A stretch of 64,000 bases of DNA. Source: Octopus bimaculoides. Lineage: Eukaryota. The stretch spans positions 23,671,336 to 23,735,335 of the forward strand of contig NC_068999.1 in assembly GCF_001194135.2 (NCBI RefSeq). The letters are read 5' to 3'. The notes beneath the pieces were generated by a model, which saw nothing but the letters and a program-made list of their open reading frames with translations, did no database searches and was not told the DNA's origin. Below, in pieces: positions 12,901 to 27,900 of the stretch; positions within the stretch are counted from its first letter, which is position 1; every line of letters begins with the position of its first letter. Position numbers and translations under genes: made by a program.

Positions 12901-13666
12901 ATCCAACCTATGCCAGCATGGAAGATGAATGATGGATAATTTACTTATAAATTCTACACTCAGTTACTTTTTTATCACTTGACCATTTCCTTTCCTCATC
13001 CACTAGTTTCTTTGAATATTCTTCTACTGCAGACTGACCAGCAAATAAAGTTGTTAGACAGTAGTAATCTTCCCTATGCTATATACTCTAACATATACAG
13101 ACTAACATACTCTAACACTTGGTCATGTCTTGACCTCCCAGTACTGTGAATTTGGCAAATATATAGTACATCAGGGAAGGTAATTTGATGTATGCGTTAC
13201 CTACAATCCCACTATTGCTAGTTTTTGTTGCAGAATCTGAAAATCTACCATTATAACTTCAAAACTTATTCTCTGTAGAGGATGATTAGAGGTTAACTAT
13301 TCCATTAAGTAATTCATTAATTGATTGATTTATTATGCATACAAGCCATTGTATAACATGGAAATACTTTGTAAAGCCATTTAAAACGTTTGTAAGTGAA
13401 TAAAGTTGGATAAGAATATAATTTTTCATTGTTTATCTGACTGCTGTTATTCCCTATGATTAATGTACCAACCTATTGGTTGGTGATTAACCTTGGATTT
13501 ACAGTTTGTACATATTGCTCAGTGTGTTTAACCTATATGGATTACTATATGCTTCACTGGACATTCTGCTAGCCAGGTTTATTGTATGGAGTATTGACTC
13601 AAGTATTCGCCTGGATTTCTTCAATTCCTATTTTCCTTCACTGTGCATTTATATATNNNNNNNNNN

Positions 13667-13697
<31 letters not shown>

Positions 13698-14602
13698 GTG
13701 TGTGTGTGTGTGTGTGTATAGATATATATATAAGAAGTTGAAAATGCACTGGGATTCATAAGAGATTTTCTATTTAAAAATTTTTAAAGACTTGACCAGT
13801 TTCACAGATTTCTCTGATTTTCAAAAGTTGAAATAGAAAGACATGAGGCGATGTCAAAAGTGTCTTGCTTCTGACTGGAGTTCAAAATTTCTTTTGTTTT
13901 TATCGAGAGAACATAGCACAAATTAAGTATCTGGTTCTGATACAATTTGATTGGCCAAGGATGATCTCGTGATTAGGTTTAGAAATTTTTGTAACTATCT
14001 TGCTACATCCATTCTTTAATGCCATGTGTCAACATGTTACGTGCTGTAAGTTAAAGCTATCACGGTTGATTGAATGTGTCTTATAACAGTCTCAAACAAT
14101 CAAGGCTCTCTGAATTTAATGTCAAGTGTGGTAGAGGATGTTCACATGATTAAGCTTAGAAAGTTTTGTAGGTTCCCAGCTCCGTCCATGCATCAATATC
14201 TGTAACAAATTTGCTGGCCTTGTGCCTAAATTTGAAACCAATGTCATGTGAGAATATTTTTGCACTGAAAACTAAAGCTGACCCACTTGAGTGAACATAT
14301 CTAGTGACAGTCCCTAACTATCAAATCTCTAAATTTAATCTGTCATGTGATAGAGTGGACAAGGGTTGTTCCTATGTAGCCCAGTGGCTGAATATTTATG
14401 CTTTGTATCTTATATATGTAGGTATAATATTTTGTTCTCCACTAAATTTGTGCATTAGTGTAATGTGAGAAAATGTGATTGTGTCCAAAGTATAGGTTGT
14501 TGGTGATTTAAAAATATTAGGAAATGCAAAACAACTTGAAAATGCATAGACACAGGTTTAATTGAAGAGTGAAATTAGTTCTGTCTTGGTTGTATTTATG
14601 CA

Positions 14603-14647
<45 letters not shown>

Positions 14648-17600
14648 TATATGAGTATATGCATATATATGTACATGTATGTACATACCTTCATCTACAT
14701 GTACATATAGATACATATCTGGGTGCATGACGTTGCAAAAAACATGGACAAAATGATAAACAAGGTACAAAAAACAAGCAGGGCACATAGAGAACATATC
14801 CTTCGTTTATTTGTGCTTGGTCTGTGGTCGTGCTTGACTGAACAAAAGTAAAGTGAGAAGACTTGGAATTTGGGAGAATTATTTTTTGCACATATGTCTG
14901 TGTCCTCTCAATGGGATCTGTCTAGTACTGGAGTCTTGTATTTGGTGAGATGAATAGTTAGTTTATTTCTCAGAGTGGGTTTTATTCGACCTGCATAACA
15001 GCCTTTACATTTAATAACATATATTAAATTTCTTGACAAACAAGTTAAATGATTTTTTTTTATGATAAAAAATCTGTCATGATTTCAATTCATGTTTTTT
15101 GTCTTCAATGAGATTGCTGCAAGGGGGTCTACACTTTTTGACTGTTGGTGTGGGATTTGTGGAAGGTAATTTAGTGCTGATGAGTAGTTTTTTGAAGAAT
15201 TTTGAGTTGTCTTTAGCTTTTGATTATTTTGTATATTTCAAGTGCTTGTTTCATTATTGGGTCTTGTCTCAGTAGCAAAATATTCTGGTGGATAATGTGT
15301 TTTGAGGGTTGTGTGTTGTAATAAAGAGTAGAGTATAGGGTGTATCTGAAGTGTTTTTTTTTTTTGTTTTTCATAATTCTTCAATATCTATTGTGTTGGC
15401 ATGTTGATGATTACAATTCCAAGAATGGTAGTTGAGTTTTACTGTCTTCCATTGTGAAGTTAATATTATTGTTTATGCAGATAATTAGGCTTTTGAAATC
15501 AATAAGCTGGTCAAAAGTGTGCGTCCACAAAATCACTCAGTCATCTAAATAACATTTCTAGTTTTCTAGTAAAGACTTATGGAAGTTGATGCCATATTTT
15601 AACTTAGATTGTTCATATATCTGAACCTCCATATATACCATGACTTTATTGGCCTAAGTTGTAACAACTTTTGTACCCATCACAATCCTAGATATTTGCT
15701 TGTAAATATTGCCAAGGATGAATTTTAATCTTTCAATGATGAAACTTTTTCCAGTTCTGTCTGGAATTTTTCAAGCCAGAAACTTATCGCCTCTAGTCCA
15801 TGTTGGTGCAGGATCATGGTATAGAAGTTTACTACATCAAATAGTACAATAATGTTGTCTTTGTAAACAGCTTTTGAGAGGTGGTTTAAGAGGTCCAGGT
15901 CATCCTTTACAAGACTCGGCATGTATTTTAAGATAGGTTCCAGTAATATATCTAATATACTGTCGAGTCAGTGTGTTTCACTTAGGACCTGCTACAACTG
16001 ATCTAAATTTAAGGTCAGTGAGATGTTGCATGTTTATATAATTAGAAGTTGATTCTTTACAGATTTGATTCTTATGAATTTTGGGGAGACTGTAGAAGTA
16101 GCCAGTTTTGCAATCAAAATGAGTTAGGTAGTCAGTCACATTCTTTGTTTGTTAAACCATTTTGGTGTTGGTGAACACTCATTCAGTTTTGTCATCGTCT
16201 TTGATCTTTGGTAAATGTTTACCTTTTCATAATAGGTTGTATCATGTAGCAGAGATAATATAGCACTTTTGTAGCATTCAACATCCATAATAATTACAGC
16301 CGTTCCTTTATCTGCTTCCTTAGTTTTAATGTCATTATTGTTTTTGAGTTCATGTATAATTCCCCATTCCTTTCAACTGGTATTAAGTTTGATTTTAGGG
16401 TGTGGTAGTTTTTTGTATGGGAAAGTGGAAATATATAGACATACATGGCTATGCTTTCCTCTGTGTGTGTGCGTGTGTGTGTTTATGTCACTCCATAAGG
16501 AGCAAAGGGCAAGTTTCCCCGTTTCTGTGGCATATATATATATACATATATATATGTTATGAGAGGTAATGGTGTCAAAAAGACCCAAAGGTGTCAGGTA
16601 ATGCTGAGTAAGTGCTATGGACAGACTATAGTTAAGCTCCAGGTTCGGTGATTATGCAAATGAGGAGTCTAACATAGGTCATATGTCAGCATGTGTATAT
16701 ATACAAAGATTAACAGAATGAGATAAAAATCTAAGGCTGTAAAGATTTCAGAACACTTATAAATAGAAGGTCTTACAGCTATTTCCGGGATATTTTATAT
16801 ATCCCTTCATCGGAGACAATGTGAGAAAATTACTTCAAAAAAACTCTCGATTCAATAACTCCGTTTACGAACTCTATGCTTGGAATGGCCAATTTTAAAT
16901 ACTATTGGAACTTAATCACAAGGTCAGGAATCTTATATGTATACCAAATTGCCTAAATAATGGAACTGAAAATACAATATCCCTGCATATCTCACGTCTA
17001 TTTTCATTCCTCCACTTCACTCTCTATTGCTTAACCATTTTCTCACACCGTCTCCGATGAAGGGGAATATAAAATATCCCGGAAACTGCTGTAAGACCTA
17101 TTTATAAATGTTCTGAAATCATTACAGTCTTGGATTTTTATCTCATTCTTTTAATTTATTTATATATATATATATATATTTCTCCCTGAATGGGACTCTG
17201 ACCTGCTGCAGAATTACTCATTTTTACTAGCTGAGTGGACAGGAGCAATGTGAAATGAAGTGTTTTGCTCAAAAACATAATGCATTGCCTGCTCCAGAAA
17301 TCAAAACAACAATCATGATCATGAGTTCAACACCCTACCACTAAGCCATGTTCCTTCACACACACACACATACACGTATGCATATGTAATATATATATAT
17401 ATATATGAGTGAAGTAGCGCAACAAATGAACTGAAGTAGCACTCAGCTCATATAGTTGGATTTGTATTTATTAATAAGTTGTCTTATCTCCTTGTGTCAC
17501 TTGAAGTTTTGTGCATGTGAAAAATACTTGACAAGCTATGTGTGTTATCTGATAGCAAATACTCTAAGCAGACTGGTGGAGGTCTACTCAAAGTCTTTTA

Positions 17601-18933
17601 ATATTTGAAGAAATATTTCAAAATTACTGTAGGGAGTATTCAAGTTTTCAGATTGTATTTTTCTTCACAGTTCATTGATAGGGGGCAAAGAAAGACAGCA
17701 GAGCTTTAGATCAATTTATATTTAGGGATTTAAAACTTTAGGAAATGCAAAACAACTTGAAAATGCACACACACACACACACACACAGGTTTAATGGAAG
17801 AGTGAAATTAGTTTAGAGTGGGAGAAGGAAAGATAAATGGAAAAAAAGAAGAGAAGCTTGCAAGGGTAAGGTGGAGGGATAAAATAAGGTAAGAGGGAGC
17901 AGATTAAGGATAAAAATGCTGTTACTGAAATAAGAGGGGTCAGTGTGTTAAAGGGAAAAAATGTTCACTTTTAATCATTTCTGTCATGGTTCTGAAACTG
18001 AATATGAAATATTCTTTCTTTCTGTTTCTTTGAGCATGCATATCCATTATGTGCAGAGGTGCTGCACATTGATAAATATGTAATGAAATGGCCCATTTTA
18101 TTGAAATTGGTGTTGACCGGCTGTCCCTGCATATGTAGAAATATGCTTCAAGTATATTTGCAAAAGTGATCAGCCAAGTTTCTCTCATTTCCCCAGTGTA
18201 AATACCATCCCAAAGTTTGAAGATGGTGCAATGTTTTAGGTTGGAAGATTTGCCTAAGTTTTGCGTGATGTGGTACTGTGACTTATGCCTAGTGATGGTT
18301 GTAGTGTTGTTAATGTTGGGAAAGGGGTTGCTATAATTTAAATGTTCTTCGGTGCTGTGGAGTTTTTAACTAGGAATTTGCTGAAGCTCCTATTTTTCTT
18401 GAAGGTGAGGAGAGGTGATGTGGGTAAGGTCAGAGCAGTTATGAGGTCAAAGAGTAGGATTTTGAAGCTGCAGATGTTCCAATGAGTGGGAAGTGAGAGC
18501 AGGTGGAATCTGATTTGTTGGAGGGTGGTAGCATAATAAATGGCCTTGGCTCAGTGGAATGTCAAGTCTACAATTGATCAAGTGTCCTATCCATACATTA
18601 AGAAATTTGATGTTCTCGCATTCTGATTTGAAATTTGAAACAATGCTGCACAGTTGACAAGACCAAAGGCAGATTTAGTGTGCTCAGAGTAAAAGGGAAA
18701 ATGGTGGAGATAGGAGTGGGGTTCTGGAAGTTTGTAGTGGACAGAGGTGGGCTGGTGGATATTGTTAATATCTATATACGTATATTTGTATGTGTGTATG
18801 TAATTATATTTTTCAGCTGCATTGAATTACTTTATCTCTAGATTTTTTTTGATACACAATTTATATTGTATTTCCTTCACACACACACAGCACTTTGTCT
18901 AGATTTTTGATGCAATTTGTATTGTATTTCTTT

Positions 18934-18965
<32 letters not shown>

Positions 18966-21900
18966 TATCTCCCCATAACTAGACATGCTTTCATGGAAGA
19001 CTGAACATAAAGAACACTACTTCAATAACAGTAATGTTTCTTTACAACCATCATGTGATGTCAAGACAAGGAGACATTAACACACACACACAGATTGTTA
19101 GTTCTTTTACTATCATTTCATGACTTATTCTGTTATTTTACTGGTTACTGTAAGTATAAAATCTCTCAACATGGAATAGTAGTGTGTTGACTTTCTTAAC
19201 CCTTTAGCATCTAAACCAGTCACATTCAGCCTCTCACACCTACCCTACAATGTCATTTTAAAAATAAACAATCACATCATCAAAATCTCAAAGCTACAAG
19301 ATAATGCATGTGTAATTCAAAGCAATGCAAATAAATAAGCATTGCATTTGACAGAATAATACAAATGCTAAAGATTTATTCTTGGTGCTTTTACAAGTAA
19401 TGTTTCTTTCTTTGATTTCTCTAATTTTTTAGTTACTAGTTAACCCATCTCAAGTTAGAATTAATTATCCCCATCCTTTTATTTCTAAATTCAGTGTTTT
19501 AGAGGTTTACTTCATTATTCAAACTCCTCTGCTTGAGATTATTTGTCATAGATTGAATATTGGAATTTTTATCTACATTTAGTTTCTGTTAGGATATAAA
19601 TAAGTAAAGATTGTTTTTTATCTGGTATAAGGGTTGTACTTGTGTCTATAAAAATAGACACAAGTACTACTTATATAAGAACATTCTTTAACCTATTTTA
19701 GAATTGTATCTATGAGAGTCTGCCAAATGTTGACCCAACTGAGGGACCAGCTATCCAGATTGACTGTACCCTGGTAGATAAAACAATTAAGGATATGAAG
19801 ACAGGGAAAGCCCCTGGCTCATCAGGAATCACTGCAGAGATGCTTAAAATATCTGGCAGTGTGGATTATGGTCTAGTCACCCATAATGTAAATCAGGTGG
19901 TTCATGAAGGAGTCATACCTAATGACTGGTGTAGCAGCACCATAGTAAACTGCTACAAAGGTAAAGGTAATACCTTAGATAGAAATAATTCAAATGTTGG
20001 GCTTCTCGGAGGCAATGACCAAGACCTTTGGCATTGTCGTGCTTGAGAAGAAGACCTGCCAAGCTGAGCAAAATCGTAGTTGTGACAGATACCGGTGTCA
20101 CCCAAATGGCACTCTCAGAGTGGTTGGTGTTAGGAAGGGCATCCAGCCATAGAAAACCATGCCAAATCAGACTGGAGTCTGGTGCAGCCTTCCAGCATGC
20201 CAGCTCAGTCAACCCATTCAACCCATGCCAGCATGGACAACAGATGTTAAATGATGATGATGTTGTGCAGATTCATATATATATTTGTTTGCATATATGT
20301 ATTTGTGTGTGTGTGTGCTTGTACACACACACACACACACATTCACATGGCCACAGCCTTAGGGATGAAGCATGTAAAAGAATATATGCACACACATGTG
20401 TGTGTATCTACGTATATATATATATTACACAAGGCACAGGCTTGGCTGTATGGTTTAGAAGTTTGCTTCTCAGTCACATGTTTTTGGGTTCAGTCCCAAT
20501 CTTCTACTCTCTAGCCTTGGGCAGACCTAGGTTTTATGAGTCAATATAGTCAACAGAAACTGAAAGAAGACCATTGTATGTATGTGTGAGTGTATCAGTG
20601 CCTTCTTGTCTTGGCTCCATACATTAATTATAAATGAGTGTCACCATCATACAAGCGGTGTCCTTTGTTTTTAATCTTCTGTGAAAACATGTCCAGTTGG
20701 GGGGAAATATTACTTTACTTGGAAACAGGTGAGGGTTGGTGACAGGAAGGGTATCCAGCTATAGAAAATTGACTGCAACAAATTCTAATCTATGTAAAAG
20801 TGGATGTTAAAATGATATATACTTATATATACTTAAAATATATATACTTCTATATATTTCATTATCATTATCTTTTTAAATCCACTTTTGCATGCTTGTT
20901 ATAGGTCAGTTGGAATTTAAGGTAGATTTTTATACTCCCATACTTTTGCTATTGCCAGTATTAATCTGTTTCCAAACAAAGTAATATTTTCCTATGGTCG
21001 AATATATTTATACAGAAGGTAGTAAACAAAGGACACCACTTAAATAACAGTGACAGATAGTATGATGCCTGTGTATGAACAGCAACACTATAATGGTAGT
21101 GAGATGTGAACCCTGAATGCATAGTACATGCAACAACTAGAAAATAATGAAGCTAGTATTCTCCAGTGGATATCAGTGTGGATGTATGACAAAATGCAAA
21201 TGTGTTGAGAGAAAAATTAGGCATAAGAAGAATCAGATGTAGTGTGTAGGAGAGAAGGCTGCACTGGTATGGTTATATTTTGCATATGGATAGCAATAGA
21301 GGGTGCATGGCTAAGTGGTTATGATATTCAGCTCAAAATCATATGGTTTATGAGTTCGATACTGGTGAAGTATTGAGTATTTCAGCAAGATACTTTATTT
21401 CATGTTGCTCCAGTCCACTCAGCTGGCAAAGATGAGTTGTACCTGTATTTAAAAGAGCCAACTTTGTCACGTCTGTATTACACTGAATCTCCCTGAGAAC
21501 TATGTTAAGGGTATGTGTATCTGTGGCTGCTCAAGCAAGTTGTTCCATTGATCGGATCAACTGGAACCCTTGTCATTATAACCAACAAAAAGCCAGTTTT
21601 ATGGATGACAACAGCTGTATAAAAAAAAGTGCCTGTTCCTTAAAGTGGATGAAACTTGTGAAAGCAGGAGACCTAGGAAGACATTGGATGAAGTAGCGAA
21701 AACGTCTCAAAATATTTAGCTGCACAGTGAGAGGAACAAGATGATTAGCATTTTGCTGTGCTTGATAAGACCTGCCTACCATGGCAAAATTAAGATCCAA
21801 GAAGCATTGGACTTATATCTATACACTCTCTGGGTCCTGCCCCTGTACCCAATCCGTTTCCTGTACCCGGTCTGTCCCCATCAAGCTTTCCTTACCTTTC

Positions 21901-24900
21901 ACCATGACTGGAGTGCAGCAGTTGCTTAATCAAATAACACATTTACATAGCAGAAATGATCATCATTATTACAATGGCAGCATCAGCTCACTAACACTGT
22001 GTAGCATGATTTTTGTCCTTGGGTAGCAACTGTAAAAAGTATGAAAAATGGCTAATATTTCCTTCAAACTTTGCTTTTCTTACATTTATTCAAATCCCAA
22101 AGAATCCCTCTCAACACATGGCTATGATGCTCCTCCACTACTCCTGCTCATGATCAGAGATTCACATATTGTCAACCACTAAGAGACATGCTCAAGTGGT
22201 TAAGGTCAAGCAACTGACAAAGCAAATTTGTGGTATTGAGCAGAATATTTACTATAACGACATTTCAGCTTCAGTAACTCAGCATTGAATCATTCTGAAA
22301 CATTGATGTCCAGGTCACAAAAGCAAAGTTTTAAGGGAATAGTAGTCATTTCCTTTGATTTCTGGCTATAAGCAAATAGGAAAATAACACTTACTAACCA
22401 AAGAAAAAGAAAAAAAATTAATTTGTTACACAGTGTAAGCATCAACTGACAATAGAGCAGTTTAAATACCTTGGAGTTGTAGTCATGAGTGATGGAAATC
22501 AGAAGGCTGAATTGGATGCTAGAATCACAGGTGCTAACACAGTAATACTGCAGCTTCAGCATTCAATTCGTAAAAGAGAAGTTGATAAAAAAACCAAACT
22601 CGGTATCTTCAGTTTGGTCTCCATGCTTATCCCTACTTGTGGTCATAATTGTTGGGTAATGACCAAAGAATACACTTGCAAACACAAGTGGCCAAAATGG
22701 AGTTCCTCCAAAGGATCTTTTGTGTAGCCTTGAGGATCAAGGAGTCTCTTCGGGTTAAGTCACTACTTCTTTGCATTGAGAGGTCACAGCTCTGGAACTG
22801 TGGTACTACAAAATGTTGCAGGAAAGGATCACAAGCCGAACCAACTTGCAGGTGACCCGTGAGTAGACCACTAGTGAGATGGTTGGATAATATCTCTAGT
22901 TTCTGTTGGTCACTCTTGGGAATCCAGTTTGAAAGTTTAATGAAGGTTGTTTCTAATAGGGTTGTATGGAGGAGGTGACCAAGGACTCCACTGCCACTGC
23001 CCTCCCAGGATTAGTGGTCAGTGAGACTGGGTGAATTGATGCGATAGACCCATAAGTGTGAGGGAATTTCAAAGAAGAAAAGTTCAGTATAATAAGAAAT
23101 TTTCAATTTCATAAACGAAAGTGAAAGGAATAGTAAGGAAAGAAAACAAAAAAATGAATTGAGGAAAGAGGGAGATAGAAAGAGAGAAAGATAAAGAGAC
23201 AAAGGAAAGGATAAAAGGAAAAGAGTACTGAGAGAGCACAAACCTCCACTAAGGTAACACCAATGTCCTCTCAATGATTAACCAGAGATGATTTTTAAAA
23301 TGAGAACATCTAAAATAAACTCAACTGCTCTCACAAATGAGAATACTAAAAATGAACCTGACCACTCCCAAAAATTAAGTAAAAAAATAGGAAAAATAAT
23401 CCAGAACCCTTGTCCGGTACTGGATCAATCCCAGTCACGTGGCCAAACATCTCTGAAAGTTTCATCCAAATCCATCCAGTGGTTCTTGAGATATCTTGTC
23501 CAAAGACAAACAAACAAACATTGCTGAAAACAATACCACTACCTTGGCGGAGGTAATGAAACACATGAGGAAAATGGAGGTGAGAAATAAATCTCAAGTC
23601 ACTGTCCCTCATGGAATGAACCAAAAATTGAATGATTAACAGATGTAGAGATTTAGAGTGGTGTTAAGTTTAACCTTAATATTATATTTATTAAGGCAGT
23701 GAGTTGACATTATTGTTAGCACTCCAGGCAAAATGCTTAGTAATCTGTCTTCTCATTCTGAGTTCAAATTCTGTCGAGGTCAATTTTGCCTTTCCTCTTT
23801 TCAGGGTTGATAAAATAAGTACCAGCTGTAATTGATTTACCCCTCCCACAAACTTACTGACATTGTCCCTAGACTAGCTTTGATCAAGTAAAACCCATGA
23901 CATGACGAAGTTGTGACACAGAGATCTATTTTTTTGTCTAATCTGGACTAAATAGATCTCTGCTTAAATGAAACTCAAACTGCACACACCTGCTGAATCA
24001 TGTGGAATGCAGTGTGACAGCCTGGACAATCTGTTGCATTCTCTTCAGTGTCCAGTTTATTATGTATGTTGGTTATTTAAGCTCGAGCTGGATTTAATTG
24101 ACCAGATCTATCATCCATGACTTCTCAGCCATGAACATTCAACATGTTTTCAAATATAATTTAATTTGGACAACACTATGAAATGTGTCTTCTTTGTGAT
24201 GGTGAGATATTTAAATTCACTTGCATTTAACGAGGATATCCTATTTACCAAATTAATACTCTAAGCAACAAATTATACAATTTCAGTATATTGTTGGTAA
24301 TAAAGATTAATGGTTAAATTACACTTGAATGAATTATTAGACAAAAACAGAACCTTTTTATTTTATTTTATTGTTTTTACTTAGTACATTTAGTGTACAT
24401 GTATTGGTGTGACAGTCATGTAGCTTATTGCCAAGGAAGTTTTTTTTTTTTTTTTTTNNNNNNNNNNTTTTTTTTTTTTTTTCATTTTCCTTTGGCATTC
24501 TTAAATTAGTCAAATCCTTACATCTTGACATACTTTGAATTACTCAAAGATAACAACTAGGATCATGCTGGTACAGAAAAGAATTAAGTGGGTGACTCAC
24601 AAGGCTAATGTTGCTGTTAATGCAAACAGTAAAGAGTTAATTATAATATGATAAAAATATAGAAACAGTATTATCAATACTTGGATAAAAATCGTTTTTT
24701 TTTTTTACAAATTTTATCTATCATGAATATAAATATAGGTGTAGCTGTGTGGTAATAAGGTTACTTCCCAACCACTTGATTCTAGGTTCACTTCCACTAT
24801 GTGGCACTTTGGGTAAGTGTCTTCTATTATATCCTTGGGCTGACCAAAGCCTTGTGAGTGGATTTGGTAGATAGAAATTGTAAGAAGACAGTTTTGTATG

Positions 24901-27900
24901 TATGTGTGTGTGCATGTGTCTTTGTGTCTGTGTTTGTTCCCCACTACTGCTTGACAATCAGTGTTGGTGTGTTTACATCCCTGTAACTTGGTGGTTCAGC
25001 AAAAGACACCTATAGAATAAGTACCTGACTCAATAAGAAAATAAGTACTGGGGTCGATTAGTCCAACTAAAAATTCCTCAAGGCAGTGCCCCAGCATGGC
25101 CATAGTCTAGTAACTGAGACACGTAAAAGAAAAGATATATTGAAGAATTTCATGACACGGAAAAATAAGATAAAATTGCACTAGAATCTCAACATTGATG
25201 GGCTTTAATTCATTGAATTAATAAAGATAATTTGAACATATTTGATTCTTTTGACATCAGTTATTTAACAACAAAATAGTGACTACTGTTGCTTTAACTC
25301 CTCTGAAAATGGAAGCTTCCAGAATAATTTTATTCATATCAAATGTTTAGTTTTATTCTACTTTTTACTAATTTTTTGAAATCAGAATCAATAAAAAAGA
25401 ATCCTAAGCAATTAATCAAGATTGGTGTTTTAAAAATTATGTAATTAACAAAACTGTGCAATTGTCCAGTAATGCAATTCGTCAGAGTGACTATATATGT
25501 GTGCATGCATGCTAATACATATGTTGCATTATATAGACATGATATGAATAAAGTTTGATATTTTATAAAATGAAATCACTAAAAATTGAGCCTTATCTGC
25601 TCCAGTCAAACGCATTACTAAACAAGAAGTATTTATTACAAAATGTATTTTATATGATGTTGCTCAGTTCGGTATTTTAGGACAATGAACCTGTCTGCTA
25701 TTAACAGAACTTTGTTTGAGATTTAATATTACCCAATCAAAAGCCAGTCAGCTGGAAGAATTGTTAGCACACTAAGCAAAATAGTGCTTAGCAGTATTTT
25801 ATCTGTCTTTATGTTCTTAGTTCAAATTTTGCCAAGGCTGATTTTGTTAGTCATCCTTTCAGAGTTGATAAAATAAGCACCAGCTGAGCACTGGAGTTGA
25901 TGTAATCGACTTAACCTCTCCCCTGAAATTGTTGGCCTTGTGCTAAAATTTGAAATATTACCTAATCAACCTTAACTCTGTTCAGGAAATAAATCTACAA
26001 TATCTGTTAAGTGAAACGTGTTCATAACACATTAACCCTTTAGCATTCTGATTACTTTGTCAAATGTAATGCTTATTTATTCACATTTTTTGAATTACTC
26101 ATGCATTATCTTATAGCTTTGAGATTCCAATGATGTGTTTGTTTAGTTTTTGAATGACATTGTCAGGTGGGTATGAGAGGCTGCATCTGGCCAGTTTGAA
26201 TATAAAACGGGTAGAATATTTTGGCTGGATATGGCCAGTTTGATTGCTAAAAGGTTAAACTTCACTGAGTTCCTTACCTCAGAACTCTCTCTTAAGTTGT
26301 GAACTATGATATATATTTATGAAGTATTTGACACAGTTTCAACCTGGTTTCAATGACTGATATCAGGATTGGAGTGGATATGTGCATGATAATCAGATTT
26401 GCAACACTAGTACATGATAAAAGGGTTTGGAACAGTGATGTAAAGCAAAATTAAAATCTCACTGCACAAAGAAAAAACAAAAAAAGAAATTAACTTTATG
26501 TAGCTCAGATTATGACATGACTTAACAGCTGTCAGTGGGAAAAGATTGGCAAATACTGATCTACTATATTTATTATTATCTCTGTCTAATCAGATTTATT
26601 TTGGTAGGGTTATTTCTATCCTTCAGTATGGTTATAATGTTTAAGCTACCGGACTGCTAATCCAATAGTAAAAAGTTGAAACTTTGCCATGATCACACAC
26701 TTACGTATATTTGTTTGCTTGTGTTCATGTTCATTTTCCTATGCTAGCAATGAGTAGGGAGTGGAAGTAGGCGTATTTGAGGCAGGATGCTTTCCCAGTC
26801 GTCAACACTTGCCTGCTTTTCAAGTAAGGGATATCTTAATCCAAAGATCTCTGAAAGCACAAAATGACCAGTCAACAAGGAGTGTTTGCTTTGCTTAAAC
26901 TGAAGCTGTAGAATATCAACATTTACATGCATTTCCATGCATGTGCACACACACACACACACACACACAATAGGTTTCCAACAGTTTCCTTCTATAAAAT
27001 TTACTCACTAGGCATTGGTCAGTCCCGAGGCCATTGAAGAAGACACTTGTATCACATACCTCACAGTGTGACTGAACTTGAGACCATGTTGTTATAAAGT
27101 CTCATTCAGCCATTCTTGTGCCTGTGTGTGTGTGTGATGGACTCTCCCGTCAATTTTGACATGTACACACAGTTGTTCAATCAGCTGAATAACCTACTAA
27201 TTAAATTATTGCGTAACATGGTTGAGTTTTTTCACCCTTAATGTAATATGTGACACTATTTTAACAAGACTAGGCCTTTCATTTACAGATACAGGATTCT
27301 AAAATGTATTTGTTTACCAGTTGCATACATGAGACTTGGCTTGAACCAAGATAGACATTTGCCCAAGATACCACTCAGTGAAATCTAACTCATGACTCCT
27401 AGTTTGCAAAGAGATCTCTTTAACTACTCGAAAATGCTTGTACCTATCTATCTATCTATATATATGTATACACACACACACACTATTTTGTTTTTGTCTA
27501 GGTACTTTCTACTTACCGTGTGCTTATTCTAGATAGTTTACTATGTTAAATTCTCACTTCACAATTGAGATGTTACTGTTCAGAAATGGTATCCATATAG
27601 CTGTGCGTGTGGATATTGGTAAAAACTTTGTTTCCCAACCACATGGTTTCAGGTTCAGTCCTACTGCATGTCACTTTGGGCAAATATCTTTTTACTATAA
27701 CCCTCAGGTTGACCAAAGCTTGAAAGAAGCCTATTATGTGTGTGTGTGTGTCATCGTAATCATTTAACATCTGTTTTCCATGCTGGCATGGGTTAGACAG
27801 TTTGATTGGAGCTGGAAAGCTGCACCAGGTTCCAGTCTGTTTTGGCTTGGTTTTTATGGTTCCTAATGCCAACCATTCCATAGTGTTCTGGGCATCTTTT

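Noticed and set aside
26628-26685. tRNA-Ser(GCT)-like anticodon arm GGACTGCTAATCC
   Set aside because: No acceptor stem or T-arm; not a tRNA gene, at most a SINE-head relic.
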